Origin: Eledone cirrhosa
Lineage: Eukaryota
Reading direction: 5' to 3'
Assembly: GCA_964016885.1 (NCBI GenBank)
Contig: OZ024741.1
Span: 137,206,001-137,270,000 of the forward strand
Length of the DNA: 64,000 nt
Position 1 is the first letter of the stretch; every line of letters begins with the position of its first letter. Under the pieces are notes generated by a model, which ran no database searches, was not told where the DNA came from, and saw only the letters and a list, made by a program, of their open reading frames with translations. Shown here one piece after another: positions 1 to 14,183 of this stretch. Made by a program: the position numbers and the translations under genes.

Positions 1-330
1 TAATATTGGAACTGTGATCTTTCAATCCGGTGAAGTAGCTGATCTACCTGTAGCGACTCCATGATCTCCTACCCATGTACTCCATTCCAATCGCTTATAT
101 TCGTGATCTTATTGTCCCAAATGTGAAAAAATATAGATTCCTTTTTAATAAAAGTAGTTGATTGGCAAAATTGTCGGATTAAACATGACTCGGTTAGCCT
201 ACCTTTCGTCCTTACGGATTCAATAAAATAAAATACTAGTAACATACTGGAGTAGATTTAATCGACTTTATTCTCCCCCAAAATTCTTCACCTTATGCTT
301 AAATCAGAAACCATTATTATCATCATTATT

Positions 331-526
331 AGGGCGGTGGATTGGCAGTATCAGTAAAGGGTCGGACATCATGCTTTGACGCATAGAGTTACGGCCCTTG
401 CCATTCTGAGTTCAAATCCCGCCAAGGTTAACTTTGCCTTTCATCGTTACGGGGTCTATAAAATAAAGTACCAGTAATGCACTGGGCAATTGCTGGCCTT
501 GTGCCAAAAGTAGAAATAATTATTAT
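331..526 (+). mobile_element. tRNA-derived SINE, family A
   Basis: A-box-like TGGCAGTATCAGT, B-box-like GAGTTCAAATCC, body GGTTAACTTTGCCTTTCATC...AAATAAAGTACCAGT, tail CCTTGTGCCAAAAGTAGAAA(ATT)n; more than 10 related copies in the window. Confidence 0.85.
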
Positions 527-569
527 CATATAATTATTATCATCATTATTATTATTGTTTATTGTTATA

Positions 570-880
570 GAGTCTCAGTCATTGATGCTATTTAACTGGA
601 ATGTTTGTTGAAATGAATATCAAGCCGCTACATGCACCCTCAGACATTCAGGACGCATCGGAGGGTTCTTGCTGTTCCCAGCAAGCATGCCTTTTGAAGT
701 GGTCCAAAAAGCGGGGCTGGACTAATCTTCTTTAACCATCCTTGGAAACTCTTTGAGATAGTACCTAGTGCGCCTATGACAATCGCGACGACCTTGATTT
801 CATGGCAGTTCCAAATCCTTTTTAACTCCCACTTTAAACCCTGGTATCGGTTAATTTTCTCCCTCTCCTTTTCTTGCACA
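570..880 (-). mobile_element. 3' fragment of Dong/R4-like non-LTR retrotransposon, family 1
   Basis: ORF 640-879 nearly identical to the C-terminus of ORF 966-1442; same 3' UTR; ends in a (TAA)-type repeat. Confidence 0.85.
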
Positions 881-895
881 TTATTATTGTTCTTT

Positions 896-2357
896 GAGTC
901 TCAGTCATTGATGTTAGTTGACTGGAAAGTTTGTTGAAATGAATATCAAGCCACTACCTGCAGCCTCAGATATTCAGGACGTATCGGAGGGTTCTTGCTG
1001 TTCCCAGCAAGCATGCCTTTTGAAGCGTTCCAAAAAGCGTGGCGGGGCCAATTTTCTTTAACCATCCCTGAAAACTTTTTGAGATAGTACCTAGTGCGCC
1101 TATGACAATCGGGACCACTTTGACTTCATGGCAGTTCCAAATCCTTTTTACCTCCCACTTTAAGTCCTGGTATCGGTTAATCTTCTCCCTCTCCTTCTCT
1201 TGCACTCTCGTGTCGAATGGGCAGGCCACATCCACAATCAGGCACGATCTTTTTTCCTTGTCCCAAACCACCAGGTCAGGTCTATTGTGTTCCAGTTTCT
1301 TGTCCGTCTGTATCCTAAAATCCCACAGCACCTTCACCTGATCGTTTTCTATCACCGACTCTGGCTTATGCTCATACCACTTCTCAGAATGTGGTAAATT
1401 GTTTACTTTGCATAGGTGCCAGTGGATCACCTTGCCCATCACATCATGTCACCAGCCTTTAGAGTGAGTCTGGGCTAGGTGTTTACACTCGGATACAATG
1501 TGAGCCACAGTCTCCTCTCTCTCTCCATAGATCCTGCACAGTGGACTAGCCTCCTCCTTGTAAATATGGTGTTTCAGCCACTTCGTTTTGAGGGCCTGCT
1601 CTTGCGAAGCCATTAGCATTCCTTCTGTAGCCTTTTTAAAGTCTCCTCTTTTCAACCAGTTCCATGTCTGTGGATCTCTAAATTCAGTTTTCTCAAAGAA
1701 GGCACTATGAAGGGATTTTTCATGAAAGTTGCTCTTTCTCCTTGTTATTTCTTCCTTGGACATCCCCTGGTTTATTGTCCTCTCCTTCAGTACAATTCTG
1801 AGCATTGGCTCATTACTATCAGTCACGTATTTGTGTAGGTTGTTTTTCTCCATCTGAACACAGTCCTCTATGCTGATAAGACCTCTTCCACCTTCAGATC
1901 TCCTTATGTAGAGTCTATCGACATCAATCCTCTTGTGGAACATGTTGTAGATAGTCAATAGCTTCCTAGTCTTCCTATCCATTTCTTTTTGTTCAGCAAC
2001 ATTCCATCTCAGAATTCCCGCACTGTACTTAATAATAGACACAGCTCGGGAATTTACTGCACGTATGGCATTCCTACTGTTCAGATGTGACTTTAATACG
2101 CCCCTTACTCTCCGAATGTATTCAGATCTTATCAATTCCTTCATTTTTTGTTTGTTCTTGATGTCATCAGCCTCCAGAACACCCAAATACTTGTATCCTT
2201 CTTCAGTGTCAATTTCCTTTATCATCTCACCTGTTGGTACCTAGATTCCGTTGCTTCTGCTCAATTTACCCCTCTTCATCACAAGGACTCCACATTTACT
2301 AATACCAAATTGCATACATATATCATTGCTGAAAATACGAACAATGTCAACAAGCAC
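896..2357 (-). mobile_element. 5'-truncated Dong/R4-like non-LTR retrotransposon, family 1 (RT C-terminal part, CCHC, restriction-like endonuclease)
   Basis: YKYLGV, GGRGL, CRxxGxREETVAHIVSEC, RPDLVV..DVACPFD..KINRYQDL motifs in ORFs 1449-2225 and 966-1442; frameshifted. Confidence 0.9.
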
Positions 2358-2377
2358 ATTATTATTATTATTATTAC

Positions 2378-4826
2378 AGTTGCATTTATCTTGCTTTATG
2401 TTCATACGAGTTATCACCAAGTCACAACCAGTGACCTCAAGAGACAACAAGGTCCGCCATGTTCAAGAAAGAACATACATACACACACATGCATCTTTAG
2501 GTGTTTAGACTTGTGATGTACTTATATTGACAGAATCTTCCTTAGTATATGGGCAGTTCCCATTAGTACTATCTTTTGTATTTCTCCTATACGTGGGTTT
2601 CCTGGGATTTGCGATAAGTAATCATTAGACCCCTTAGGTATCATTCCTAGAGCGCCTACAACCACTGGTATTGTTTTAGTTCTCAATTTCCACATTTTTC
2701 CAATTTCTATCTCCAGGTCCTTATACTTGCTCAATTTTTCAAATGTTTTTATAGATACATTCTTGTCTATTGGAACGGACATATCAATTAGCAGGCATAC
2801 CCTCTTTTTAAAGTCCTTCAGTATTATATCAGGTCTATTTGCATCTATTTTTCGGTCTGTTTGGATGCTAAAGTTCCACAAGATTGAGATGTGATCTTTT
2901 TCAAGTATGGGAGGTGGTTGATGCTTCCACCAATTCTTTTGATGGGGCAAGTCAAAATGCTTACACATTATCCAATGTATGTATTGTGCAGCTCTGTCAT
3001 GCCTGTTTAGGTATTCGGTTGGAGCTATAGGACTGCACATGAAATTATATGATCAATGGTCTCTGGTTGTTTTTTACATACACGGCATAATGGGTTGCAT
3101 CCATTTTTTTATTATGTTGGCTTGGTAATTTTTTGTTGGCAGACACTGATCTTGTGCTGATATAATCAGTCCTTCAGTCTCCGATTTCAGTCCAGAGGAT
3201 GCCAACCACTGATGGGTTAAAGTTTTGTCAACATCAGGATTGTTAGCTCTTTCTGGGTATTTTCCATACAGAAGCTTTTCTTGCCATTTCTTAGCCAGTT
3301 TCTGTAGCAGTTCTTTCTTTGCAGTTACTTTTACCTGCTTTGCTTTTTCTGTGTTTTTCATTTCAGCAGTAAATGGAACTTCTGAAATTTGTAGTCCATT
3401 ACTGTATCTTTGTGCATCTTTTGTAATGGAGTATGATCTTTTGATGCTTTCGTGTCTCAAAACGAGTTTGATCATCCAATCATGTGATTCCCTTAGATAT
3501 GTAGATAATCTAATTGTTGCAGTTTTCAACGCAATATCTAACTGGATTAACCCACGTCCTCCTTCTTTCCCAGGGAGATATATTATATCTGTATCTGCCT
3601 TAGGGTGATGCATTCTGTGCATGGTTAAGAATTTTCTAATTTTTGTATCGAGCCTACGGATCTCTGTGCTTGACCAGTTGATGACATTGTAACTGTAGGT
3701 TACTACTGGTATGGCAAGCGTGTTTATGGCATCGATCCTATTCCTTGCATTCAATTCTGTTCTTAAGATTGCTCTTACTCTGCGGTAACATTCCTTCCTT
3801 ATCCTTTCCCCTCATTGTCGAGTGCTTGATTCCGTCTCCTTCACAAACACCTAGATATTTGTAAGTTTCCTCTTGATCAAGTTCTCTTATCACATTCCCC
3901 CGATCAAGATTAATGTCTGAACTTTTCAGCAGCTTTCCTCTGGTGAACGTTGCTTTGGCGCATTTATCAAGTCCAAACTCCATTTTAATGTCATCACTGA
4001 ACTGCTTCACAGTGGATAATAGCCCTTGCAATTGTTCATCATTTTTTGCAAATAGTTTCAGGTAATCCATGTAGAACAAGTGATTAATGGTTTTGTCATA
4101 AACTTTATATCCATGTTTTGTTTTATTGAGCATTTTACTTAATGGTATAAGTGCGATGCAGAATAAAAGGGGTGATAAAGAGTCACCCTGAAAAATTCCA
4201 CAATTAATATTAACTTCTCCAGCTTCCAGTTATTCTTTTTCACTATTCAAAAGGAGTGTCGTTTTCCATGTCTTCATACTGAATGACAGGAACCTCCTGA
4301 CAACGGGAGATATTTTGAAAATCTCTAAATATTTTTCAATCCAACTGTGTGGCGAACTATCGAATGCTTTTTTATAATCTATCCAAGCAATTGATAGATT
4401 TTTGTGTCTATTATGACAATCTTCAAGTATCATTTTGTTAACCAAAAGCTGATCTTTATATGAGCCTCGTTTACACCCTTTCTGCTCATTGGGAAATAGA
4501 TCATTTGTTATCAGGTGGTCATATGTATATTCAGTTAGGACTGATGTTAAAATTTTATACATTGTGGTCAAGCAAGTTATCAGTCTGTAATTTTTGGGAT
4601 TGTTTGTCTCATCATTCTTCGGAAGTAGGAATGTAATGCCTTTAACTAACCATGATGGTATCTTTTCTGGCTCCTTAAATATTTCATTGTAAAGTTGAGC
4701 TAACAGCTCATGAGACTCTATGAAGGCATTTATCCAAACATTTGGATAAACATTTTCCTGGGGATTTCCATTTGCTGGTTTTTCTAAGAGCCAAACGCAA
4801 CTGTTCAACTGTTATATTTTCCCATG

Positions 4827-4830
<4 letters not shown>
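2378..4830 (-). mobile_element. Dong/R4-like non-LTR retrotransposon, family 2, degenerate
   Basis: WIDYKKAFDS, GIFQGDSLSP, HLFYMD, YKYLG, RPDIIL..LIDMSVP..KLSKYKDL across ORFs 4230-4808, 3738-4133, 3074-3754, 2522-3040; flanked by (ATT)n. Confidence 0.9.
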
Positions 4831-4871
<41 letters not shown>

Positions 4872-4883
4872 TAATATTATTAT

Positions 4884-5366
4884 AGTTGCATTTATCTTCC
4901 TTTATGTTCATACGAGTTATCACCAAGTCACAACCAGTGACCTCAAGAGACAACAAGGTCCGCCATGTTCAAGAAAGAACATACATACACACACATGCGT
5001 CTTTAGGTGTTTAGACTTGTGATGTACTTATATTGACATAATCTTCCTTAGTATATGGGCAGTTAGTACTATCTTTTGTATTTCTCCTATACGTGGGTTT
5101 CCTGGGATTTGCGATAAGTAATCATTAGACCCCTTAGGTATCATTCCTAGAGCGCCTACAACCACTGGTATTGTTTTAGTTCTCAATTTCCACATTTTTC
5201 TAATTTCTATCTCCAGGTCCTTATACTTGCTCAATTTTTCAAATGTTTTTATAGATACATTCTTGTCTATTGGAACGGACATATCAATTAGCAGGCATAC
5301 CCTCTTTTTAAAGTCCTTCAGTATTATATCAGGTCCATTTGCATCTATTTTTCGGTCTGTTTGGAT
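4884..5366 (-). mobile_element. Second 3' end copy of Dong/R4-like family 2
   Basis: Near-identical to 2378-2866 (3' UTR plus endonuclease C-terminus). Confidence 0.85.
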
Positions 5367-5512
5367 TCGGGATGTTTGTTTACAAACACACCGAGCATTA
5401 TAATAAATGTTCGGCAAATCCATACGTACATATATATATATATATGTGCATGTATGTATATATATACATACTACTGTACGTCTGTATACATATATGTATG
5501 TACGTATACATA

Positions 5513-5611
<99 letters not shown>

Positions 5612-5936
5612 CCTTCAGGTGCTCTATGAAAGATGGCTCCAAATTGCGTGCCTTGTGCTTGAAATAGAATTTATTATTATAATAATTATTTTCATTGCAT
5701 AACCAACAGACTGAATGGATGCCGAATCATTTAAATAATGACCATTGCTTTCTTTAATCATATTCTGTCCCTCAAATAACTTTTCTAATCCCCAATCATT
5801 TCATTTTCAAACGACAGTTCAGATCGTTCGAGACAGAACTAATCGTTCTCATTAGATTAGTTATTCCTTTGTGGCTCTGTAAAATAATGACATTGTCAAT
5901 CAGTCAGTCTGCCTGTCTGAGTGCGTATAGAGATAT

Positions 5937-7842
<1,906 letters not shown>

Positions 7843-8414
7843 GTGTATGTATATGTGTGTGTACATATGTATATATGTGTGTGTGTGTGTGTTTGTGTAT
7901 GTATTTGTGTATGCGTATGTATGTGTTTATGCATTTGTATATGTATATTTATGTGTGAGAGTGTGTATGTATTTATTTTTACGTATGTATGTGTACGTGC
8001 ATTTGTGTGTATTGCTTACCACGTGCGTTTGTTCATTTATTTGTTGCCTGTATCGCTGTCAACTTTATAACAGTCTTTATTTTCTTTTATTATTTTTTAT
8101 ATATATTTTTTCTTATATTTATTTGCGTGTGTGAATATGTAGAGGTGTGTGTATATTTTTCTAATTTTGTGCATGCATATGTATGAATTTATGTATGTGT
8201 ATGTATGTACGTGTGTGTATATAGGTATGATTGTGTGTATGTATGTATGTATATATATGTATGTGTGTATATATGTGTGTGTGGTTGTATATATGTATGT
8301 GTATGTATGGATATGTTGATACTTATGTGTGTATGTATGTAAGTGTATATGCATGTGTATATGTGTATATATATACACATATATATGTGTATATATGTGT
8401 GTGTGTATGTATGA

Positions 8415-8466
<52 letters not shown>

Positions 8467-8607
8467 ATGTATATAATTGTGTGTGTGTGTGTTTGCATGT
8501 GTGTTTTTATTTTATTTTTCCTTTCCTTCTCTCTTCTCCAGCCTCACTTTCATATAGATTGCATTTTTGTTTTTAGAATCCAATATCAATAAATAGACCA
8601 GGATTTT

Positions 8608-8665
8608 TTCATTCTGATGATTGAAAGCAACATTTTTTGCTTTTAAGAAACCACTGGTAAATGGA
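8608..8665 (+). ncRNA. Type I hammerhead ribozyme
   Basis: UUCAUU CUGAUGA, 10-bp stem II UUGAAAGCAA/UUGCUUUUAA, GAAA CCACUG GUA|AAUGGA. Confidence 0.8.
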
Positions 8666-8803
8666 ATAATTGCCTTATGTTGTTTATTACATAACTATAT
8701 ATATATATATATATATGCAAAAAGTAAACGGAATCAACAATGCAAACAACACGATACAATGAAGAAATATGTTAGTTTAACGCTTGATATAGTAGGAAAA
8801 GAG

Positions 8804-8841
8804 TATTTACGTTTCGGATACGAATCCTTCATCAGAAGATA
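8804..8841 (-). ncRNA. Minimal hammerhead ribozyme motif
   Basis: CUGAUGA A-GGAU-UCGU-AUCC GAAAC GUA|; stem I weak. Confidence 0.6.
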
Positions 8842-9118
8842 GAATGAGAAATAAACTATGACATAGAAAGATAGAGAATGAGAAGAGGAAGGAACACATT
8901 GAACCAGTGGGGCTTAGAGGTTAGGATGTTTACCGTGTGTATGTATGTGCATGCGTGTGTATTACATATATGAAGGTGCGTGTCTTAGTGTTTAGGGTAT
9001 CCAGCTTATGGTAGTAAGGTCATCGTTCGATTCTGGTGGCGTGATGTGTCCTTGAACAAGGCACTTTATTTCACGTTGTTCCATTGCAATCAGACGAAAG
9101 AAATCAGTTGTGATTGTA

Positions 9119-9293
9119 TAGGTAAAATTCCGTTATAACGAATACCATTATAACGAATTTTTGAGTCGGTCACACGCTCGATATGTTAGGTCACACGCTC
9201 GATATGTTAGGTTGATCTCGTTATAAAGAATTTGTCGTTACAATGAATTTTTTTTTATAACCCGTGAATTTCGTTATAACGGAATTTCGCTGT
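9119..9293. mobile_element. pogo/Tigger-like MITE
   Basis: Terminal inverted repeats AAATTCCGTTATAACGAA; TA flanks; internal TTATAACG repeats. Confidence 0.6.
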
Positions 9294-9679
9294 AATTTAA
9301 AATGCTAGCCCTGTAACACATTGTGTTACGCTGAATCTCCCTGAGAATTACGTTGAGTCCTGGCCGTCGGAAGCGACGGAGGTCCAATAAACACACATAT
9401 ATGCAAATTTCCTTCATTATTTCTCCATCAATCAATCTTGCCTTATAACATACGCTAACAATAACTTCATCCACACTATTGGCTCCCTCGGTGTTACCAC
9501 TGTCTCTGTCTGCTTATTCATTTATATTTTATTCATTGTTCTTTAATTATACTCTCATTAATTTAATTCAATTATTGAGTGCACATTTTCAATTACTATA
9601 CAGTTAAATTATACAGCTAATTAAAAAAAAACCCATTATTTAATTACTTATGACCACTTTTAAGCAGATGCACATAATA

Positions 9680-9900
9680 ATAATGGTTTCTAATTTAGGT
9701 ACAAGGACAACAATTTGGGAAGAGGGGAAAGTCGATTATATCGACCCCAATAATTAACTGGCACTTTGTTTGATCGAACCCGGGAAGATGAACGGCAAAG
9801 CTAACCATGGCGGGGTTTGAACTCAGAACGTAGAAAATCGTAATTAAATACAGAAAAGCATTGTATCCGACGCTCTACCGATACTAGCAATCTACTGCAA
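9680..9900 (-). mobile_element. SINE family A, diverged
   Basis: Reverse complement of head, body and tail motifs. Confidence 0.65.
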
Positions 9901-10064
9901 TAACACGAAAGAGATCTCATTCCATGTGTCTGCGAAAGCTGCCTCCAACTATTACTTGGATGGCACAAGGAAGGATCTCGTGGCCTTGACGAGGCGCATG
10001 TATTTTATTCTTCCTTTCTCCTGGCATATAATAGATTCTGGCAGATATGGTCTATCTTATGAAT

Positions 10065-10600
10065 ATCATCATCATCATCATCCGGCGGCTTCAGCCGAAA
10101 TGGACTCAACAATTGATCTCCACGTGGGTCTGTCGTTCATTGTCGTTGCCAAGTCCTGGATTTCAATACCAGGATCTCTGGAGATGACATCGGATAGGAG
10201 AGCTTGCGCCCCCTGTTATTAGTGACGGCTTGTGGTTTCCAAAGCACTAATGGGGACACAGCCTCATAGGTGGCACGATGGCAGTGGCCATCAAATCTTA
10301 CTCTCCCTTTACGTATAACGATGGATATGCGTGGGAGGCTGGCATATATCTCTCTCAAAGTCAGATGTCGCCAGCTTTTGTTCTGAATGCGTTGAAGCAG
10401 GCGAGTGTAATGCCATCAAGGTGCTTTTGTTGTTTGGATGGAAGCGTCCATGTTTCACTTCCATGTACCAATATTGGTTGAATTGTTACTTGGAAGAGTC
10501 TGATCTTGGTGTGTTGGAAAGATTTGAGCGCCAAACTCGATCCATCTTGTTGCAAGCTGACCATGATTGGGCCTTTCTGGTGAATATAATGTTGCCATAC
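10065..10600 (-). mobile_element. RTE-type LINE 3' fragment
   Basis: KIRLFQVTIQPILVHGSETWTL and RVRFDGHC motifs; (GAT)n tail. Confidence 0.7.
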
Positions 10601-10989
10601 GTTTGTTCTTCCAGCAAACTACTTCACACCTAAGGTTCTCATTTTTGAAATATTCCTGAGCAGGAAGCGGTCTAACTTGTACATAAACATTATCACCCAA
10701 TAAAATATGTGTTCACGTGTGGATATTATTTTTGTTGATTTTGTCAAATGTGTTGTGAGCAATGTTACTTTTTTCCCCTGAAATGAAAAGTCTGTGCGTT
10801 CAATAATATTTGGTTTAGATTTTGAGCTGTTTTTCCTGTTTGGGAACTGTTTTGTTTTGGTCAGCATCATTATCGACTAAAAGCTCAAGTTTGTAATAAA
10901 ATAAAATAGAATTATTCAAAAACATTACTCTTTATTGTCATATCACGGTACAGTGTTGACTTCCAATAGTTTCAATAAAAGTTCGTGCG

Positions 10990-11028
<39 letters not shown>

Positions 11029-11030
11029 CA

Positions 11031-11134
<104 letters not shown>

Positions 11135-11143
11135 TATATATAT

Positions 11144-11199
<56 letters not shown>

Positions 11200-11399
11200 T
11201 CAAAAAATGAAAATGATTTTCTTCGGTTACATTTAAAAGATCATTGAGAAATCTCAAAGAAAATTTCGGCACGAATGAACAGGTGGAATTGATAATAATA
11301 ATAATATTGGGTCGTCAAGTATGAAATTTGTAGAAAAAAACAAAGTTTCATATGCCTCACTTTCATACTTGATGACCCAATAATAATAAAAAAAAAAAT

Positions 11400-12570
11400 A
11401 ATAATAATAATAATAATAATAATGCTTTCTTTATTAACCACAAGGGTTTACACAAAGTAGACATTAAGGACAGTACAGCACAATACAGGACGGTACAAAA
11501 GGGCATTTCTGCGTGTAAAAAAACAAAAAACAGAGGATGTAATAATAGAACAATGAAAAAATTCCCTAATAGGGGGGAGACTTCCGAGGGACATTCGTGG
11601 AGAAAGCCCATTAAAAAGCCACAGTGACCATAAGGGCAAGTACCCTCTCCCAGTTTTCCACCTTTAATTTACAGACACATACTCGGGCCATTCTTGCCTC
11701 TCTCACCCATCTTTCAACAAAATGCTGGGAAGAGAGCACTTCCCTCTCTACCCTGATTTTCCTTTTCAAATAAAATTTGAAAACGTTAATCAGGGTATCA
11801 CCGAAGAGGTAAGTGCTCGTCTTCAGCCTTTGCAAACGTGTTCACCATACTATCTCTTTCGCCATGGCCACCAGACAGATAAAAACTGCCTGCCCTTCCC
11901 GGCTAAAGGAAGAGGGCGAGGCAATCCTCACGATGGACTCAGCTGATAGCTGGATCCGTCCCACACGCGACAGTAGGTGTTCGACATAAACCCACAAGTC
12001 AGCAATGCTCGGACACTGGACGAGTGCGTGCAGGACGGTTTCGTCGCCCTGCGCGCATCTCGAACATGCCCGGCTGACGGCACCTCCATGCCTGTAGAGT
12101 TTATCCCGAACTGGCAAAGCTCCTCGGTAGCACTGCCAGACCAGGGATTTCTGGAAGTTGTCTATAGGCCCCGGCCCGAAAGTTCTTCCGAAGAGATTGG
12201 CTAGTTGATTTTCGTCGACGCCTAGAGTTTCCCCAAATACGTCGTCGCTCTTCCCCTCCACTAATCCTCTATAGAACGCCAAGCTGGAGTTTTCACCGAT
12301 CACATTGCCCGATTGGTCGAGGGCTGTGAGCGCCTGAAGACATTCCAGTCTCCAAGCGCTCCCTCTCGGTCTTCGCTTGACCCAGGACTGCAGCTCCGTC
12401 AAGGAGACGAGCTGGGGAAAGACGCGTCTAGCAAACGGCGACCACACCTGATCACCGTCGAGGAAGAGGTGGAAATGCCGTAGCCTTAGCGCGTGTCTGC
12501 GTATCATCAGCCACGACATACCCAGCCATCCACGTAGCGGGTGTTGACAGCAGATGGACCGCCTGACCAT
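11400..12570 (-). mobile_element. Tx1/L1-clade LINE 3' portion (zf-RVT-like domain) with (ATT)n tail
   Basis: ORF 11842-12570 contains WQCYRGALPVRDKL..CSRC..DETVLHALVQCP. Confidence 0.8.
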
Positions 12571-12624
12571 CGGATAGTGGGATTTACATCAAGTAAAAGT
12601 AGACATCAACAAAGAGAAAATAGT

Positions 12625-12675
<51 letters not shown>

Positions 12676-12678
<3 letters not shown>

Positions 12679-12840
12679 CCGTTGTGTTTTACTGCCTCAA
12701 TTACTGAGGTAAAAGTTTACGAATGCGTGATTCGCACACTATCTTTCCTTCTATCTTAGCTTCCACCTTAACCAAAACGTCTGTCAGACGGTCTCGTAGA
12801 CTTGAACTAGTTATGTCTATTTATTACAATTACTGGTATA

Positions 12841-12886
<46 letters not shown>

Positions 12887-13086
12887 AAAAAGTATGACCC
12901 CGACGGCAGAGATCAAGCCGTTTCGACGGCTATTTCGATGGGTATTTCTGAGTCCAGAAATAGCCGTCGAAACTGCTTGAGCTCTGTCGTCGGGGTCATA
13001 TTTTTCCTATTTCCCACTTTACTACCCTAAGTATTGAGTACTCTGGTGCGTTATGGTCCATCTGGTTCCTTACCACAATTCCTTTG

Positions 13087-13166
<80 letters not shown>

Positions 13167-13366
13167 CAAAGGAATTGTGGTAAGGAACCAGATGGACCAT
13201 AACGCACCAGAGTACTCAATACTTAGGGTAGTAAAGTGGGAAATAGGAAAAATATGACCCCGACGACAGAGCTCAAGCAGTTTCGACGGCTATTTCTGGA
13301 CTCAGAAATACCCATCGAAATAGCCGTCGAAACGGCTTGATCTCTGCCGTCGGGGTCATACTTTTT

Positions 13367-13406
<40 letters not shown>

Positions 13407-13572
13407 TATACCAGTAATTGTAATAAATAGACATAACTAGTTCAAGTCTACGAGACCGTCTGACAGACGTTTTGGTTAAGGTGGAAGCTAAGATAGAAGG
13501 AAAGATAGTGTGCGAATCACGCATTCGTAAACTTTTACCTCAGTAATTGAGGCAGTAAAACACAACGGTAAT
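12676..13572. repeat. Apparently perfect ~900-bp palindrome centred on (TA)n, containing two mirror copies of a short PLE derivative
   Basis: 12676-13090 is the reverse complement of 13163-13572 apart from internal TA tract length. Confidence 0.9.
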
Positions 13573-14183
13573 AGTCCTGGATCATAATTGCCTGTGTAAA
13601 GCAATATGAGCACAAAATAAGCACCAAAGTAGTCAGAAATGATACACGATAAAAAGTGTCAGTATTGACTTGCAAGTCCCCCATGATCTCACAACACCAC
13701 AAGGAGATTCCAGAACTGTACGCCTTTATGGGCGCCTATTGAAAAGTAATATGATTGACAGTGCCGGGCAGAAAGCCAAGCTATTACACATGTGTCACCA
13801 AAAACGATTTGAGAAGCTGAGAGAAGCTTAAAAAGAAAAAAATCAAACAAACAAATAACATTCTGAGACTACTGTTTCTGTGGAACCCCCATTCGTACCA
13901 GAAAAGGCAACCTTACGCTACTTCTCAGAGATGGACGACCCCTAGGTTTCCTCTCTCAATTGAGAGATAATAGAGAAGGATACATCCTGCTAGGTTTCAG
14001 AGATGGATGATGCCAATGTTCATCCTCCAAAGAGTAGCGCTCTGATGTAAAAAAGTCTGAAACGCCATTATATGTGAGGCACATTGTCTTTCCATATTGC
14101 TCCTATTCGGTCATCATCGGTGTCAATAATAAACTTAAATATACACAAATGCACTCACGCACCTCCCCACCTATATATATATA

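Noticed and set aside
331-425. tRNA gene
   Set aside because: A/B-box-like motifs belong to a multi-copy SINE head; no complete cloverleaf.
9481-9525. Plus-strand GSLGVTTVS resembling the M2 motif LGITTVL of the receptor
   Set aside because: Wrong strand for the gene, no continuation into TMTT, no splice sites.
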